From Azolla caroliniana (taxonomy: Eukaryota; Plantae; Polypodiophyta): a stretch of 64,000 nucleotides of DNA. Below the pieces are notes generated by a model. It ran no database searches. It was not told the origin of the DNA and saw only the letters and a list, made by a program, of their open reading frames with translations. The stretch is from assembly GCA_043228905.1 (NCBI GenBank), contig JBHGNT010000005.1:17298001-17362000 (forward strand), given 5' to 3'. Shown here piece after piece: positions 38,386-52,629 of the stretch. How positions within the stretch are numbered: the first letter of the stretch is position 1; every line of letters starts with the position of its first letter. The position numbers and the translations under genes are program-made.

Positions 38386-40830
38386 TGAAACACATTATCA
38401 ATGTTTTTTCTCAATGCATTATGAATCATTATGACATATAACAATAAATAAAAGGTTCTATATCAAAGAATGGTACAAAACTTAATTGGAATTTGGAGGC
38501 CAAAACTAAACTTCACCAGTTTTTTCACAAAAATTACAAAATGTTAGCAAAAAGGTATCTCATGGAGGAAATCTTACCATAATAGGAGCCAAAATAATAT
38601 AACTTACACTAATGTACATATGAATTTTGTTTTTTATATCTCCATTATAGGAGCTCAATGTAGTATGAGCTCTACCTTCTAGATAACTAAAAGCTTTGCA
38701 TGTGGGATCATACATCCAGAATAAAAATTGAGGGTTCTATAATTTGAATATAGTTTAAAATATTACAATATCATTGGATCATTATCTATAGTATTGACAT
38801 GCTAAGATATACGTTTGTGTCCTATGAGCAATAAAAAAGATGGGGTTCTCAATTTTGTAAGCTTTGATTGCAGTGTTGGAGTGGCACAAATAGCTCGATA
38901 TGTATAGTCACAAATGTCCTTACGATCACTCTTTGTCAATATTTGAGCTAGCTCTTTGAAGGCCTCGACCTTAGTGAAGTCTTCTTTCTATGTTAGATTT
39001 TGTAAAAAGGACCAAATCAAAGAATCTCAAAGACAACATTTAGAAGAAAATGATATCCTTTTCCGTCATTTAGATCATCAAACTTATTGACATTGACATG
39101 ATATTATAAATTAGAATAAGCTGAAAAAACAAAATGAGTCTCACCTTGTACAACTTGATGTGATTCACATTTAGCAAAATTTGCAATTCCACGAGCAACT
39201 TGAGCTTGTACATCTCTGGGTGTCCTAAACTTGCCATCCCCAAGAATGTTTTAATGATATCTTCATGTCTCGATTTCCATTGCAAGGATTGATTGTAAAG
39301 TAATGAGTAGTCATATTTGTTTTTCCTTATGAGAAACAAGGATTGATTGTAAAGTAATCGGCCTTCTTAAAGCCGTAGATTGATAGCTTCAATCAACTTC
39401 TGAAATTCACTTGTCTAAGACCTCAATTAAGTTAAATTGTCAAATAATTAAACAAATAACTAAATACGAAGCATAAAAAACATCAAAATTCATAAAAAAA
39501 TGAAGACTTTAGAAAATACCAAAAAGTCTTGTGATAATTTATAAATATGAATGACAAGAGTATGAAACTATAATGTTTGAAATTAAAAAAAAAAAAGGGT
39601 AATTAAAAACATGTTCTTGTTTACTCAACATATAGTCCACTACATCCTCCATAGCAATATCTTCCACATCTATATCCAACTCATTATACACTTTACTAAA
39701 GTCTTCAGCTAGTGAAACATTTGAGTGTTGACCTAATGCACATTTCAGCCTTGAAAATTATATTTTGCTTCAGAATTAGTCTCCTTTGAAGACACTGATG
39801 ATGCCGGTATTGCTAAATAGTCACACGCCATCTTGTACATTCTGATTCGAGGTAACACAAACTTGGTTTAAATGTAAACAAACATTTTTGAAATTGGTTT
39901 TGCACAAATTTGATGAAAAATGTTAAAAATATAATTGAGAAATGTGAAGCAAACCTGTTGTTGAACCACCATTGAAGTGGATCGGTATCTATTTTTGCTC
40001 GAGGAAATCTCATAAATTGTTCCATTTCTAATTGTGAAGAAGACATTGATTCTTGAGAAGGTTTATTGACACCTAAGCTTTCCCAAATATCCTCCAGTTT
40101 TGTATGATTTCTTTCACGTGTTTTATCAATAAAGTTTGGAACAAAAACTACATAATTTTTTTCCAATACTTTGTGAACCAAATCAATATCCAAAATCCTC
40201 TCAATTGTGTTATTGGGTATTGGAACTCTGAAAACACATATGAAGATGAAACACATTATGTATGAGAAAAAAAGTAGTCGTCAATTTATTATGTATGACA
40301 AAAACTATTACTAGAGTAACATATCGTGGATCAAGAAAGGTTGCAATTCGAGAAGGTATGGACTTCAACGATTCTTGGTATCCTATCAAATATTGTAAAC
40401 ATTTCTCACTAGCTTTTTTGTTGCACTTTGAGAGTTGCCTTACTTGAGCTAGATTCTATTGATTCCACATCCACTCCCAAATACTTGTTACAATGTGTTA
40501 ACATGCCATTGAAGGCAAGAGAAGCTATTGAGAGGGTGGGGTACTTTGACCCACTTAAATAGGTACAAATTCTAGAAGGTAGAAGTAGCCATTGCTCCAT
40601 TGCTTGTATGTGGTTCCAATAATATATAGTAAGCATACTATCAACGAATCCACAACAATAATAGAGTTGGCTATAGTGCATGACTTAAGCCCATACCCTG
40701 GTAATGCACATGAGGCAACATTTCTGTGATTATATATTTTGTTATAGAGCTATCAATTTTCTTCTCGAATGTATGAGATATTAGAAGCTTAGATGTATCT
40801 AAGGGATGTTGGATCACAAACATTGGGTTC
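38160..40830 (-). mobile_element. hAT DNA transposon relic (transposase C-terminal half and 3' end)
   Basis: Minus-strand peptides TYLSGSKYPTLS (~40560), RIATFLDPRY (~40340), DPLQWW (~39980) and DYLAIPASSVSS (~39805; hAT dimerisation domain), split by introns/frameshifts. TIR not identified. Confidence 0.8.
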
Positions 40831-43800
40831 ATACTTGAGGAACTATGTGGCTGAGATGTGCTATTAATGTGATGTTTTCAAGATCATAAACATAGACCAA
40901 TATGCTCACCGGTCCGTGCCGACCTTGACGGATGAAAAGTGAAGAGTTTGATTTCGACGGAGCAAACCCCATCCGACGCAGTCTCTGCGTGATCTTTGTG
41001 TTCCAGGTGCATGGGGCTTTCTTGAATCCGTAGAGGAACTTCTTGAATCGGCACATTGCCGATGTATTCATGCCTGACTGAAATCCGGGGGGCTGAATCA
41101 TATGCACCTATTCCTCAACCTTGTAGGAATGCGTTCTTTACATCCATCTGATATAGATGTTACCCCTTCATTGCTGCCACCACAAGCAAGACATGGACTA
41201 TCGTCATCTTTGCGGCCGGCGCGAACGTTTCATCGTAATCGATGCCATGCTGCTGCGCGTAGCCTTTGGCCACTAACCGAGCCTTGTACCGGTTGGCGGA
41301 GTTGTCAATATTGTATTTGACATTGTTTACCCATCGGCAACTGATCGGCTTCACTCCTCTTGGTACGTCTACTAAATCCCACGTCTCATTCTCCATGAGT
41401 GTGTGCATTTCTTCCTTCATGGCCGTCTGCTAGTTAGGATCCTTTGCTCCTTCAACATAGCTCTTCGGCTCATGCACAACTGCCACCTTGGCCATGTACG
41501 CATAATGATGCACCATATATTCATTGTACCCCTACCTCTTCACGAGGTTCTTTTGGCGGGTGGATCGGCACAATTCCAGATTCACCGATTTCACGGCCTT
41601 CTCAGCCGACTTCGACCTCTTCCTTAGAGGTTTCTTTTCATTCGAGCCAGAGTCAGAATCGCTCATCAACTCTGCTAGTGTCATACTCTAGCATCTTCTT
41701 CTTCCTCTTCTCTTTGTGCGTGAACCATCTCCTCGGTTCCTTGCGTGAGGAGAGCATGACAGAGTCTTCACTACTCGCCGGCTTGTCATCCGTTTGACCA
41801 CTCTGACTCAACTAGTCCGGATTTGGTCCACTCATCCGGAGAGAAGTCAGACTATTCGGGTGCTTGGATTCCGAGACATTTCTCTTTGTTCCGGATTCCA
41901 TCGAATCTTCCACAACAATCGGCTCAAGTACGGGTGGGGAGAAGTACAAGGATGCTGATTCATCGAAAGTGAAATCTCGGCTAACTTGGACCTCTTTCGA
42001 TCGAGGGTTATAACACTTATAACCCTTCTATTCATCCGAGTTGCTGACAAGAATGCATTTTTCAGCTTTTGCGTCTAACTTCCTCCGTTTTTCCTTTGGT
42101 ACATGCACATATGCAATGCTACCGAACACCCGAACGTGTGCCAAATTCGGCTTCCGCTCGAAATACAGTTCGTGTGATGACACCTTTGTCCCTAAGACAA
42201 ATATCCGATTCTGGATGTAGAAGGTTGTCTGAATCACTTCGGCCCAATAAAATTTGGGCATGTGTTTCTCCTGAAGCATCGCCCTTGCCATTTCTACCAG
42301 CGTCCTGTTCTGACGCTCGGCCACACCATTTTGCTCCGGCGTGTATATGTGGGAGAATTCCCGTTGGATTCCCTTCATTTGCAGATAGCTCGTGAATTGG
42401 TTGGAAAAGTACTCTTTCCTGCCATCCGATCTCAGACACTTGATCTTTCTTCCGGTCTCGCATTCGACAAGGTTCTTCAAATCCCGAAAACAGGAGAAGA
42501 CTTCACTTTTCTTCTCGATTAGATAGATCCAAGTGTGCCCGGTGAAATCGTCGATGAAGGAGATGAAATGCCAACTCCCACCGATGCTCACGTTTTGTGC
42601 TGGTCCCCACACATCCGAATGGATGAGATCAAGACGATTCCGGCTCCGATTCTTCTCGTTGGGGAATAGAAGCCTATGTTGTTTCCCAAGTTGGCACGCT
42701 TCACAGATTTGGCCTTTCCGACCATTGAACTTTGGCAGTATGGAAACCACGTGTTTCGACTATAGCTCGTGAAGCTTACGAAAGTTGATGCCTATCCGCT
42801 TGTGCCACAAGTCGATGTCCGACTCGACTTTCTATCATTTTGCAAACATAGCGATGCCAACATCATTCGTTTCGAGGATAAACATCATCCCGTCTCGGCG
42901 CCCTTGCGCGATGACTTTGCCCTCTTCTTCGATGAAGTGCTCAAGGTGTGTAAACCGAACCTGAATCCCTTGATCGATAATCTATTTGATTGACACGAGA
43001 TTCTTTGTGATTGTCGGGACATGTAGGACATTCATCAGCTTTCCATTTTGCCTAACATACTGAGAGGGACCTCACCAATGTGCTCGATGGTATGAGAAGT
43101 GTCGTCTCCGGTTTCGACAACTCTCAGTTGCTCCGATTTTTCCAGGAATGAAAACCATTCTTCGTGGCTCGTCATATGGTTCGACGCTCCAGAGTCAACA
43201 TATGACACTTCCTTCGAATTGGAAGTGGTATTCTTCATCGAATTAGCCTTGTGTTTCATCACAAAGGTTGAGCTTGTTCCATTTCCAGAATCGGATTTTT
43301 CCAATTCCTTCACATAGTGCGAGCTTTCCTGGCTTCCTCAACCGGCCTTGCCAGATTCGTATTTGTCCAAATCTGCGCGCTTCTTCCAGCACTCGCTCTT
43401 TGTGTGGCCCATCCGGGCATAGTACCAAGAGTCCATTGCGGTCTTCTCTCGCCGGCTCCCAGCACCACCTTGACTTCCCCTACTTGTGGAGGGTTCGGAA
43501 CTGTTGTGAGCACCATCCTTGTGCCTTCGGTTCGGCTCTTTGGGCCACTTCCACCGATCCGCCTCGTCCGCCACGACCACGGGGCCTCTCCACCTCCGTG
43601 TACAATATCTTGTTGTCGGTTTGCGTACTCCTTGACGCACCCACGTGGTTCTCCTAAACTAGAAGTATCAACTATAGGTCGAAAAATGAGGGGGTATTCT
43701 CCCTTGTACAGACTGCCGTCCGGAATGCTCCAAACTTCGACGGCAGGACCCCGAGACAGACTCACACCATCTCATCTTCCTCAACGGACATGTTAATAGA

Positions 43801-44999
43801 GGCAAATGTGTCGCAGATGTCTTTTATTTGGGCCATGTAGTCGGCCACCGATATGTCTCTCTATCAGACATTGCTCAACTCCTATCGGAGTTGCAACTTC
43901 TAGACCGTGGTGCTTGCGGTGAAAACCTTTTTCACGTTTCCCCAAGCTTCCTTCGGCGTCTTGGCATCCCAAATATGGCTCAATAGCTGATCTTTGACAC
44001 TGGAGGCAAATCAGTACATAACTCTGCTTGCTGCTTGTTCCCAAGTTGGGAAGCCCCTGTGTGTCGGATCAAGTGTTGTATCGTTGGCTCCGTTGACATA
44101 GCTCAAGTAACCATGCCCAAGAAGGTACTGGTGCATCTTGTACTACCAAGATGCATAGTTGGATCTATCGAGCTTCTCCGTCGGGAGCGAGCTAGCCATT
44201 CCTCACTCCATATCCTTCTTCTGTCTGTTCTTATCGGGTGTTAGGGTTTGTCGTTAGAAAATGCTTGTTGGCTGCCGAGGTTCTCAACCCTCGTGCTCTA
44301 ATACCATGTAAAAGTAAATATGCAGAAGCTAAGACAAAACCGGCTCAACCAAATAGAATACAAACACAAGTTTAATGAAAATCTTACATGAGAGAGACAG
44401 AGTTAGAGCAGAACACAGAAACGTGTATATTCCAAAAACACTAAAACACTCTTTGTACATACAATGTGCTCAACAACACTATTTATACAAGTCCTTTAAA
44501 GGACTAACTGAAATACTGACAAGTACTTCAATGCTCATATTGAGCTATTGACACTAACTACAAGAACCATAACTACCTAGTAGTCTAGACGCGTAGGCCC
44601 CTTAATGTTAGGAAATAGGTCTCTCCGGATGGGAAGTGAAAAGAACAGTGATGATCCGGATGTGGAGTACCCGGATACGGAAGACCCGGTGAGAACCGGA
44701 TGACGAGTACCTGGCAAGAGCCGGATGGTGAAGAACCGGTGAGAACCGGACGTGGAGTACCCGGCAACGGAAGACCCGGTGAGAACCAGATGACGTGTGC
44801 CCGGCAAGCGCCGGATGATGTAGGCCCAGTGAGGAGTGCTCACCGGATGAAGGGACATATTCGTAAATATGTTTCTAAGAAGTCCATCGGGGCTATATTT
44901 GTAAATAGCCGAAAAGTCATATTAGTATAAATATGACTTAGGGCAAACTTAGCATAGTTGTTGTCATTCTTGTTAGTGCAAGATTAGAGCGCAACAATG

Positions 45000-45064
<65 letters not shown>

Positions 45065-46314
45065 GAAGAGTTTGTATCTCTGTTGTAACCTTCGCTTGTG
45101 GCGAAGACAATGAACAAGAGGTCATTGCCTCTATGTTCATCTATTGTATATTGTTACATAGTGATAGTTAGCAGTCAGTGGACTGCCGTGATTTTTCCCG
45201 TGTTTGGGTTTTCCACGTAAACATCCTGTGTACTCTTCTCTCCATTGTGTCGTGCATTCATTCCCCGTTTTTTCTGTGTTTTTTGATTCTAAGCTTGGTT
45301 GTGGCCGAGCGTTGTTCATCGGGAGCGTGTAGTTCCTGTCAAAGTGGTATCAGAGCGAAACGACACAGAAAATGGACGAATCGTTGGGAGGCATGTTCAA
45401 GCTCACCGGCTCCAACTATTCGGTGTGGAAGTCGAAGATGAGGGACATGCTCATGGTTAAAGATCTTTGGTTGCCCGTTCAGTTTGGGGACAAAAGACCG
45501 GACAAAATCGACGCCACGATATGGGAGGTGATGCACATGAAGACAACAGCTTACATACGGTGCTTCATCGAAATGAGTCTATACAACAACTTCAATGAAG
45601 AGAGCAAGGCTCATGAGCTCTGGGAGAAGATCGACATTATGTTTCAAAACAAAAATGCTATTAATCAGGTTTCGGTATTTCGGAAGCTAGTAAGACTCCG
45701 GTACCAAGATGGCTCCAGCATGGCGGAGCACATGAATGCCTTCCAGGGGCTGATCCACCAGCTCGTTCCCTCCCAGATAGCTGGGAGACGTTGGTTGTCA
45801 CTTTGGGCAACGCCAGGTGGGAAGGGAAACGGTTATCCCTAGCAAGAGTGAAGTCGAGCTTGCTAGATGAGGAGGCGCGTCAGAAAGATAAGGATACGAG
45901 CTCCAACTCCAAAGCGCTCCTTACCGAATCGGAACGCGGAAGACAAAGGAACCGTAGCCCCCAGAACCGGGAAAAGTCGGGGACACGGTCAAAGTCAAGG
46001 GGGAGGCCTACTTGCTTCTATTGCGGCAAGCCGGGATACTTCTAGAAGAATTGTCGGCACTTCCGAAAAGACAAGGAAATCGACGATACCGATTCGAAGT
46101 GGACACCGGACCGGAACGGTAAAGACCGGAGGGGGTTGGACTGAAAGGGAACGACGGCAATCGCGGCAAGTGAAGAAGAGTTGATGCTCATCACCGAGGA
46201 GAGTGAGCTAAACCTTGCCGGCGACGAGATGACCTGGGTGGTCGACTCTGGAGCGTCGTTCCACCTTACCCCGGATCAGAAATGCTTCTCATCCTACTCA
46301 ACCGGTGATCACGG

Positions 46315-46518
46315 TGTTGTAGGTTTTACGGTTAGGGTTAATGGTAATGATGATTGGTGATGGAGATGGTGTGTTTAATGAGGATGATGGGCGTTATGGG
46401 ATCAATGGTGAGAGAGACGACAAGCATTGAGAAACATTGTGGGGTGGGGGGTGGTGCCTAGAATGGCTCCACCCCCCTCCCAAGGGGGTTCAACGTTAAG
46501 GGGAGAGAGAGGAAGAGA

Positions 46519-46576
<58 letters not shown>

Positions 46577-49097
46577 TGATTATTTCATATTTCATTCATT
46601 CCCCATAAGGGGTTAAATAGTACAAGAGGGGGTAGATACATAGGGGTGTAAGCCCCCTCGAGCATTCATACTGGACACTCACTCACACCTCCTCATATCC
46701 ATCCACATGCACACACGTGTGCATGTGTTCACATACGTATAGACTCACAATTACATTTATGTCCCCTACACATACACAACAACATCATGATAACATTCGA
46801 CCCTCGCTCATCACACTGACTCTCCGTACATCTTGTACGGGGTAACACAATATGGCACGCCCGTGGGAGAGTGCCTTGCACGTCGATCCCACATGCCTTG
46901 ATGATAATATTTCTTCGACCGGAACTTCCATCGGTCCTTTCAACGATCGACTCCCTCGATCGGAGTGCTTGACTCGAACATCTTTGTCGGTCAGCAAATC
47001 TTTCCGCGACACGAACATTCTTGTTCTGTTGGCTTACGAACTTCGTCATGGGTCTAAAATAACATTGTGTGTATGTGTGTTCTTCTTTCTATTTTGTGAG
47101 TTATCGTGATTCAATTACATTGATTTCATTCAAGTTGATGAGTTTTTAAAATGATGTATTATACCCTCAAATTTCTAAAATTTCGTTCCGTACCCTCACG
47201 GTTTTGAAATTTCATTTGCTAACCTCAAGTTTTTAAAATCTCACAAATGCCCCTCTCTTCTCTTTTTTCCTCTCTCTTGTCTTTCGGTTTCATCTATAAT
47301 TTCACTTTTATTTTTAGGTCATTTTTTCCATTTTTCTGTTTGTCTTCTTCTCATTTTCTTACATTTCCCCCCCCCCCCCCTTACATTTTGCGTCTTCTCT
47401 AGTCTTCTACTCTTGCGTGCTTCCTTCTTCTTGGTGTTAAGTGTTGCATCTTCTGTTCTTCTTGTCTTTCATTTCCTTTTCTCTGTTCTTCCATTGCTAA
47501 TGGTGCTTCTCTTTTCCTCTTTGTTTCATCATTTCTCTTCTTTCTTTCTTTGCGAGTTCTTCTTGTTTGATGTCTTCTGCAAATCTTCTCTCTTTCTTCC
47601 TTTGTTTCTTCCACTTCTTCCTGTTCTATTTTGGTGTTTCGGGGTAGGGAGGAAACACGACCGTCACTCTCCCTTTGCTTGCACGTCATCTCCTTCTTTG
47701 TGCTGCCGCCGTCATTTCCGTTGCCCAACCGTGGTTGTCCCTCTCTGTCCGTCTCTGTCCGGTCCTTACGCCTGCTATCGCATCATCCTGCCGCTCCAAT
47801 CGTTGATGTTCGGCCCGTCCGTTCTCGGCTGTTTGTTTGTGTCTCCGACTCCGTCCGGTCAGTTAGTTAGATCCGACCGTTATTGTCTGTCCGGCCCGTC
47901 GTTTCCACGTCATCGCCGTTTTGGCCGTCGGTTCTCCGGCCATTCTTGTCGCTTTTCGGCGGTGTCGCTGTTTTGGTTGTTGTCCAGTCGCTTCTCGGGC
48001 CGATCCGATTGCTCATGTCCGGTCACTCTCCGGCCTCTCCGACCGCTCAAATTGCTGTTCGTCGTTGTCATCGTCTCCTTCGCTTTTCGGTGGCTCTATC
48101 CTCGTCGCCGGATCCGTCGCATTTCGGTGTCCATGTCCCATCGTTTGGCTGTTGCCATTGTCGTGGCTGTGCATTTCGGATATCGTCTCTGTCGCTCTTC
48201 GGCTCTATCCGGCCATCGTCCCACTGTCTTCCAATCGTGTGTCTGGTCTGTCCGTCTGTGTGGTCGCCTGTTCGGCCCATTTGACCCATCCTATTGTGTC
48301 TTGTGTCTTTTTGGTCGCCTTTGTCTAGTGCATCCATCCGTATCTTTCCAACGCTATTGGTTGATGTCTAGTTTGCATCTGCATCTCCTCCGTCTTCTTC
48401 GGCCCTTCGGTGTTAACCGGCTCCGGTTCTGGTTTAGATTCCGGTTCTGACTCACTCTGTGTTGCTTCTTTTAGAACCACCTCTCGTGCATTCTCAACAC
48501 ATCTTGCCGGTCTCCGCTCCACACACTGCGACTTTCTCCGCAGTCTCCTGGTGGGCTTCTCTTTCCGGTCGTGCTGGCACCGGTTCCCACTGCATCGCTG
48601 TTTGTACAGTCGTGCATCTTGCACCACGCTTTCAAAAACACGCACATTGACACTAACCGCATCGGAAACCCGCACATTAACACTAATCGCAACCTCGCAC
48701 AACCATTGTTGCCATTCATGCATTCCTCCATCGCATCATCATTTCTTGCACTCGTACACAAACGTCATCGTTTCCATTTCTTCACTTGCACATACATTGA
48801 ACATCGTCGCCGTCCTTTGCATGTTTCTGCCATTTCTCGCACATCATGCTACTACGTTCTCTTCTTGGACTTCTTCATCAAAGGGGGTCTGCCGTTGTGA
48901 TCGCCAAAAGGTGTTGTAGGTTTTACGGTTAGGGTTAATGGTAATGATGATTGGTGATGGAGATGGTGTGTTTAATGAGGATGATGGGCGTTATGGGATC
49001 AATGGTGAGAGAGACGACAAGCATTGAGAAACATTGTGGGGTGGGGGGTGGTGCCTAGAATGGCTCCACCCCCCTCCCAAGGGGGTTCAACGTTAAG

Positions 49098-49144
<47 letters not shown>

Positions 49145-49415
49145 TGATTATTTCATATTTCATTCATTCCCCATAAGGGGTTAAATAGTACAAGAGGGGG
49201 TAGATACATAGGGGTGTAAGCCCCCTCAAGCATTCATACTGGACACTCACTCACACCTCCTCATATCCATCCACATGCACACACGTGTGCATGTGTTCAC
49301 ATACGTATAGACTCACAATTACATTTATGTCCCCTACACATACACAACAACATCATGATAACATTCGACCCTCGCTCATCACACTGACTCTCCGTACATC
49401 TTGTACGGGGTAACA
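46315..49415 (-). mobile_element. Non-autonomous LTR element (LARD/large TRIM-like) inserted in the protease region of E
   Basis: Near-identical LTRs 46315-46847 and 48912-49415 (tgttgtagg...ggtaaca). Perfect TSD cacgg (46310-46314 / 49416-49420). The 2.06-kb interior has no gag/pol motif. Strand is assigned only by analogy with Gypsy G. Confidence 0.92.
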
Positions 49416-51929
49416 CACGGCTGTGTTTGGATGGGGAATGAAGGTACATGCCGAATTGTCGGCATAGGAGACGTGTGGCTGACAACACCAACCGGATGCA
49501 AGCTATTGCTGAAGGATGTCCGACATGTTCCAGAGGTTCGTCTGAATCTGATATCAGCCGGTCGGCTAGATGATGAAGGCTACACGGGTAGCATCCGGAA
49601 CGGTGTTATGAAGTTCAACAAAGGGAGCCTGATTGTGGCTCGGGCCCGGAAGGTCAACACACTGTACCTGATGAATGCCCGGTTATGCCCAAAAGAAGTG
49701 AACGTGGCATCTGACACTACCGGTGAGTTGTGGCACAAGAGGCTGTGTCACATGAGTGAGAAGGGGATGAAGAGGCTTGCAACAGAAAACCTCATTCTAG
49801 TGAAGAACGTGCACTTGGAGAAGTGCACTGATTGTCTGGCCGGTAAACAAAACCGGACCTCCTTCCGATCGAGGCCACCGATGAGACGTAATGCACCACT
49901 GGAGTTGGTGCATACTGATGTATGTCAAGTGGACACGAAGTCACATGCCGGATCGCAGTACTTCGTGACATTCATAGATGACCACAACTGGAAGCTGTGG
50001 GCCACACCGTTGAAGACGAAGGATCAGGTGCTATCCGTCTTCAAAGAGCTCCACGCGAGAGTGGAAAGAGAAACCGGTCGGAAGCTAAAGGCGGTTCGAG
50101 CAGCTAACGGAGGTGAATACCGGGGGCAGTTCGAGGAGTACTGTCATTCGAAGGGAATCCGGCTCGAATTTACTGTGCCGAAGACGCCGAAACTAAACGG
50201 GCTGGCCGAGAGGATGAACTGGACCATAATGGAGAGGGTCCGGAGTATGTTGGCGCATGCAAAATTACCCAAGACGTTTTGGGCTGAGGCGCTGTCGACA
50301 ACGACGTATGTGATAAACAGATCACCCTCAGTGCCCTTGGCTGGAGACACATCGTAGAAGGTGTGGACCGGTAAGGAAGTGTCCTACCGGCATCTGAAGG
50401 TGTTCGGGTGTCTCGTGTATGTGCATGTTGCTAAGGACCGGAGAGGAAAGTTGGATCCTAAGACCCGGCCATGCATATTCCTCGGATACGGCGATGATGA
50501 GTTCGGCTACCGAGTGTGGGATCCGGTTGACAAGAAGGCTTTCCGGAGTCGAGATATTATCTTCATGGAGGACAAGACGCTCACTGACTGGGAGTCGGAG
50601 AAGAAGATAATGAACTCCGAGTCGACTGGTAAGGATCGATTCTACGATGAGCAGACCCAACTGGCAAGAGACCGGTTAGCACTCGATGAACCGGCCTGTG
50701 ACGGTAAGGAGACAAGACAGGCCGAAGAAGAAGGAATAGGTGAAACCGGAACCAGCCAAGATCCCGAATTGGATTCGGATGAAGAACAAATAGTGGAGCC
50801 GGTTGCCGAAGGTCAAAGACGGAGATATCCTCTCAGAGAGAGAAAGGCCCCCCAGAGATTTCCGGATGAAGAGCATGTGCTACTGACCGATGAGGGAGAG
50901 CCGGAAAGCTTCGAAGAAGCGAAGGATGACACCCACAACCGCAAATGGTTAAGTTCCATGTAGGATGAGATGGATTTCTTGCATGAGAAGCATACGTACA
51001 AATTGGTGGAGTTGCCGAAAGGAAAGCAGACACTTCGAAACAAGTGGGTGTACAAGTTGAAACCGGGAGATGCCGGCAACCCCCCGAGATACAAAGCCAG
51101 GATTGTGGTGAAGGGGTTCCAGCAGAAGAAGGGCGTGGACTTCGACGAGATATTTGCCCCGGTAGTAAAGATGACCTCCATCCGGACGATGCTGAGTATA
51201 GCGGCAAGCATGGACCTCGAGGTAGAGCACCTAGACGTGAAGATGACATTCCTTCACGGTGACCTCGAAGAGGAGATCTACATGCAGCAACCGGAAGGAT
51301 TCGTGGAGAAAGGGAAGGAGCACCTGGTTTGCCGGTTGAAGAAGAGCTTGTACGGACTGAAGCAGGCTCCCCGACAATGGTACCGGAAGTTCGACTCCTT
51401 CATGACCGATCAAGGGTACCACAAGACGCAGGCCGATCACTGCATGTTTGTGAAGAAGTTCGAAGGAGGTGACTTCTTGATAGTCCTTCTATACGTGGAC
51501 GACATGTTGATAGTCGGACGGGACCAAGCCAAAATACGGATGCTGAAGAAGGCTCTCAATAGAACCTTCACAATGAAAGACTTGGGTCCGGCAAGACAGA
51601 TGCTGGAGATGCATATTATCCGGAACCGGTCAACGAAGCAATTGTGGCTGTCACAAGAGAAATACGTGACAAAGGTGCTTTAGCGGTTCAACATGTTAGA
51701 AGTGAAATCGGTCGGATCGACACTCCCGGCAAACTGCAAATTATCCGGTAAGCAAAGCCCGAAGACGAAAACAGAGAAGGTTGATATGATGAAGGTTCCA
51801 TATGCCTCTGCCGTCGGGAGCTTAATGTATGCAATGGTGTGTACCTGACCGGATATAGGATACGCAGTCGGAGTGGTGAGCCGGTTTATGAGCAATCCCG
51901 ACAACGAGCACTGGAACGCGGTCAAATGG

Positions 51930-52629
51930 TGTCGAGAACTCTACGTCCCCTATGCGCAACGCTCGGCCACAACCGAGCTTAGAATCATACACAGATAAAA
52001 ACGGTGAAAGAATGCACGACACGAAGAAGAGAAGAGTACACAGGATGTTTACGTGGAAAACCCAAACTAAGGGAAAAACCACGGCAGCCCACGGGCTGCA
52101 AACTATCACAATGTTAGAATGTACAACAGTGAGTTCACGGAGGCAACGACCTCGTGCTCACGATCTTCGCCACAGGCGGCGGTTACAACAGAGGCAACGA
52201 CCTCTTCCTCTCTCTCTCACTCTCTCTATACACAGTTACGCGCTACAATCTCGAGCAGACAAGAATAACAACAACACCTACATGATCAATAAATTTGCCC
52301 TAAGTCATATTTATACTAATATGACTTTTCGGCTATTTACAAATATAGCCTCAATGGACTCTCAGAAACATATTTATGAATATGTCTCTTCATCCGGTGA
52401 GCACTCCTCACCGGGTCTGCACCATCCGGCTCTCTGTAGCCGGGTACTCCTCATCCGGTTCTCACCGGGTCTGCACCATCCGGCTCTCCGTAGCCGGGTA
52501 CTCCTCATCCGGTTCTCATTGGGTCTGCACCATCCGGCTCTCCGAAGCCGGGTACTCCTCATCCGGTTTCGGTCGAGGCCTCAACACTGCTTTTTTCCCT
52601 TCCCATCCGGAGGGACCTGTCTCCCAACA
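51930..52629 (-). mobile_element. Solo LTR (700 bp) of a family related to E, inserted antisense in E's RT
   Basis: TG...CA ends and perfect TSD aatgg (51925-51929 / 52630-52634). The RT frame AVKW|ILRYLKGT resumes across it. Contains 3 x 54-bp tandem repeat at ~52408-52568. Confidence 0.93.

Noticed and set aside
44650-44850. Regularly spaced gagaaccgga repeats in E's LTRs (and 54-bp repeats at 52408-52568) as a CRISPR-like array
   Set aside because: The spacers are themselves repeats, the array lies within LTR U3 regions, and there are no cas genes.
46328-46342. ggttagggtta as an interstitial telomere
   Set aside because: Fewer than two units, and it is a fixed part of the LTR present in both copies.
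47413-48450. 345-aa hydrophobic ORF inside the non-autonomous element, as a possible envelope or membrane protein
   Set aside because: It arises from a T/C-rich low-complexity strand that lacks stops by composition. It has a non-ATG start, no recognisable motif, and equally long overlapping frames.
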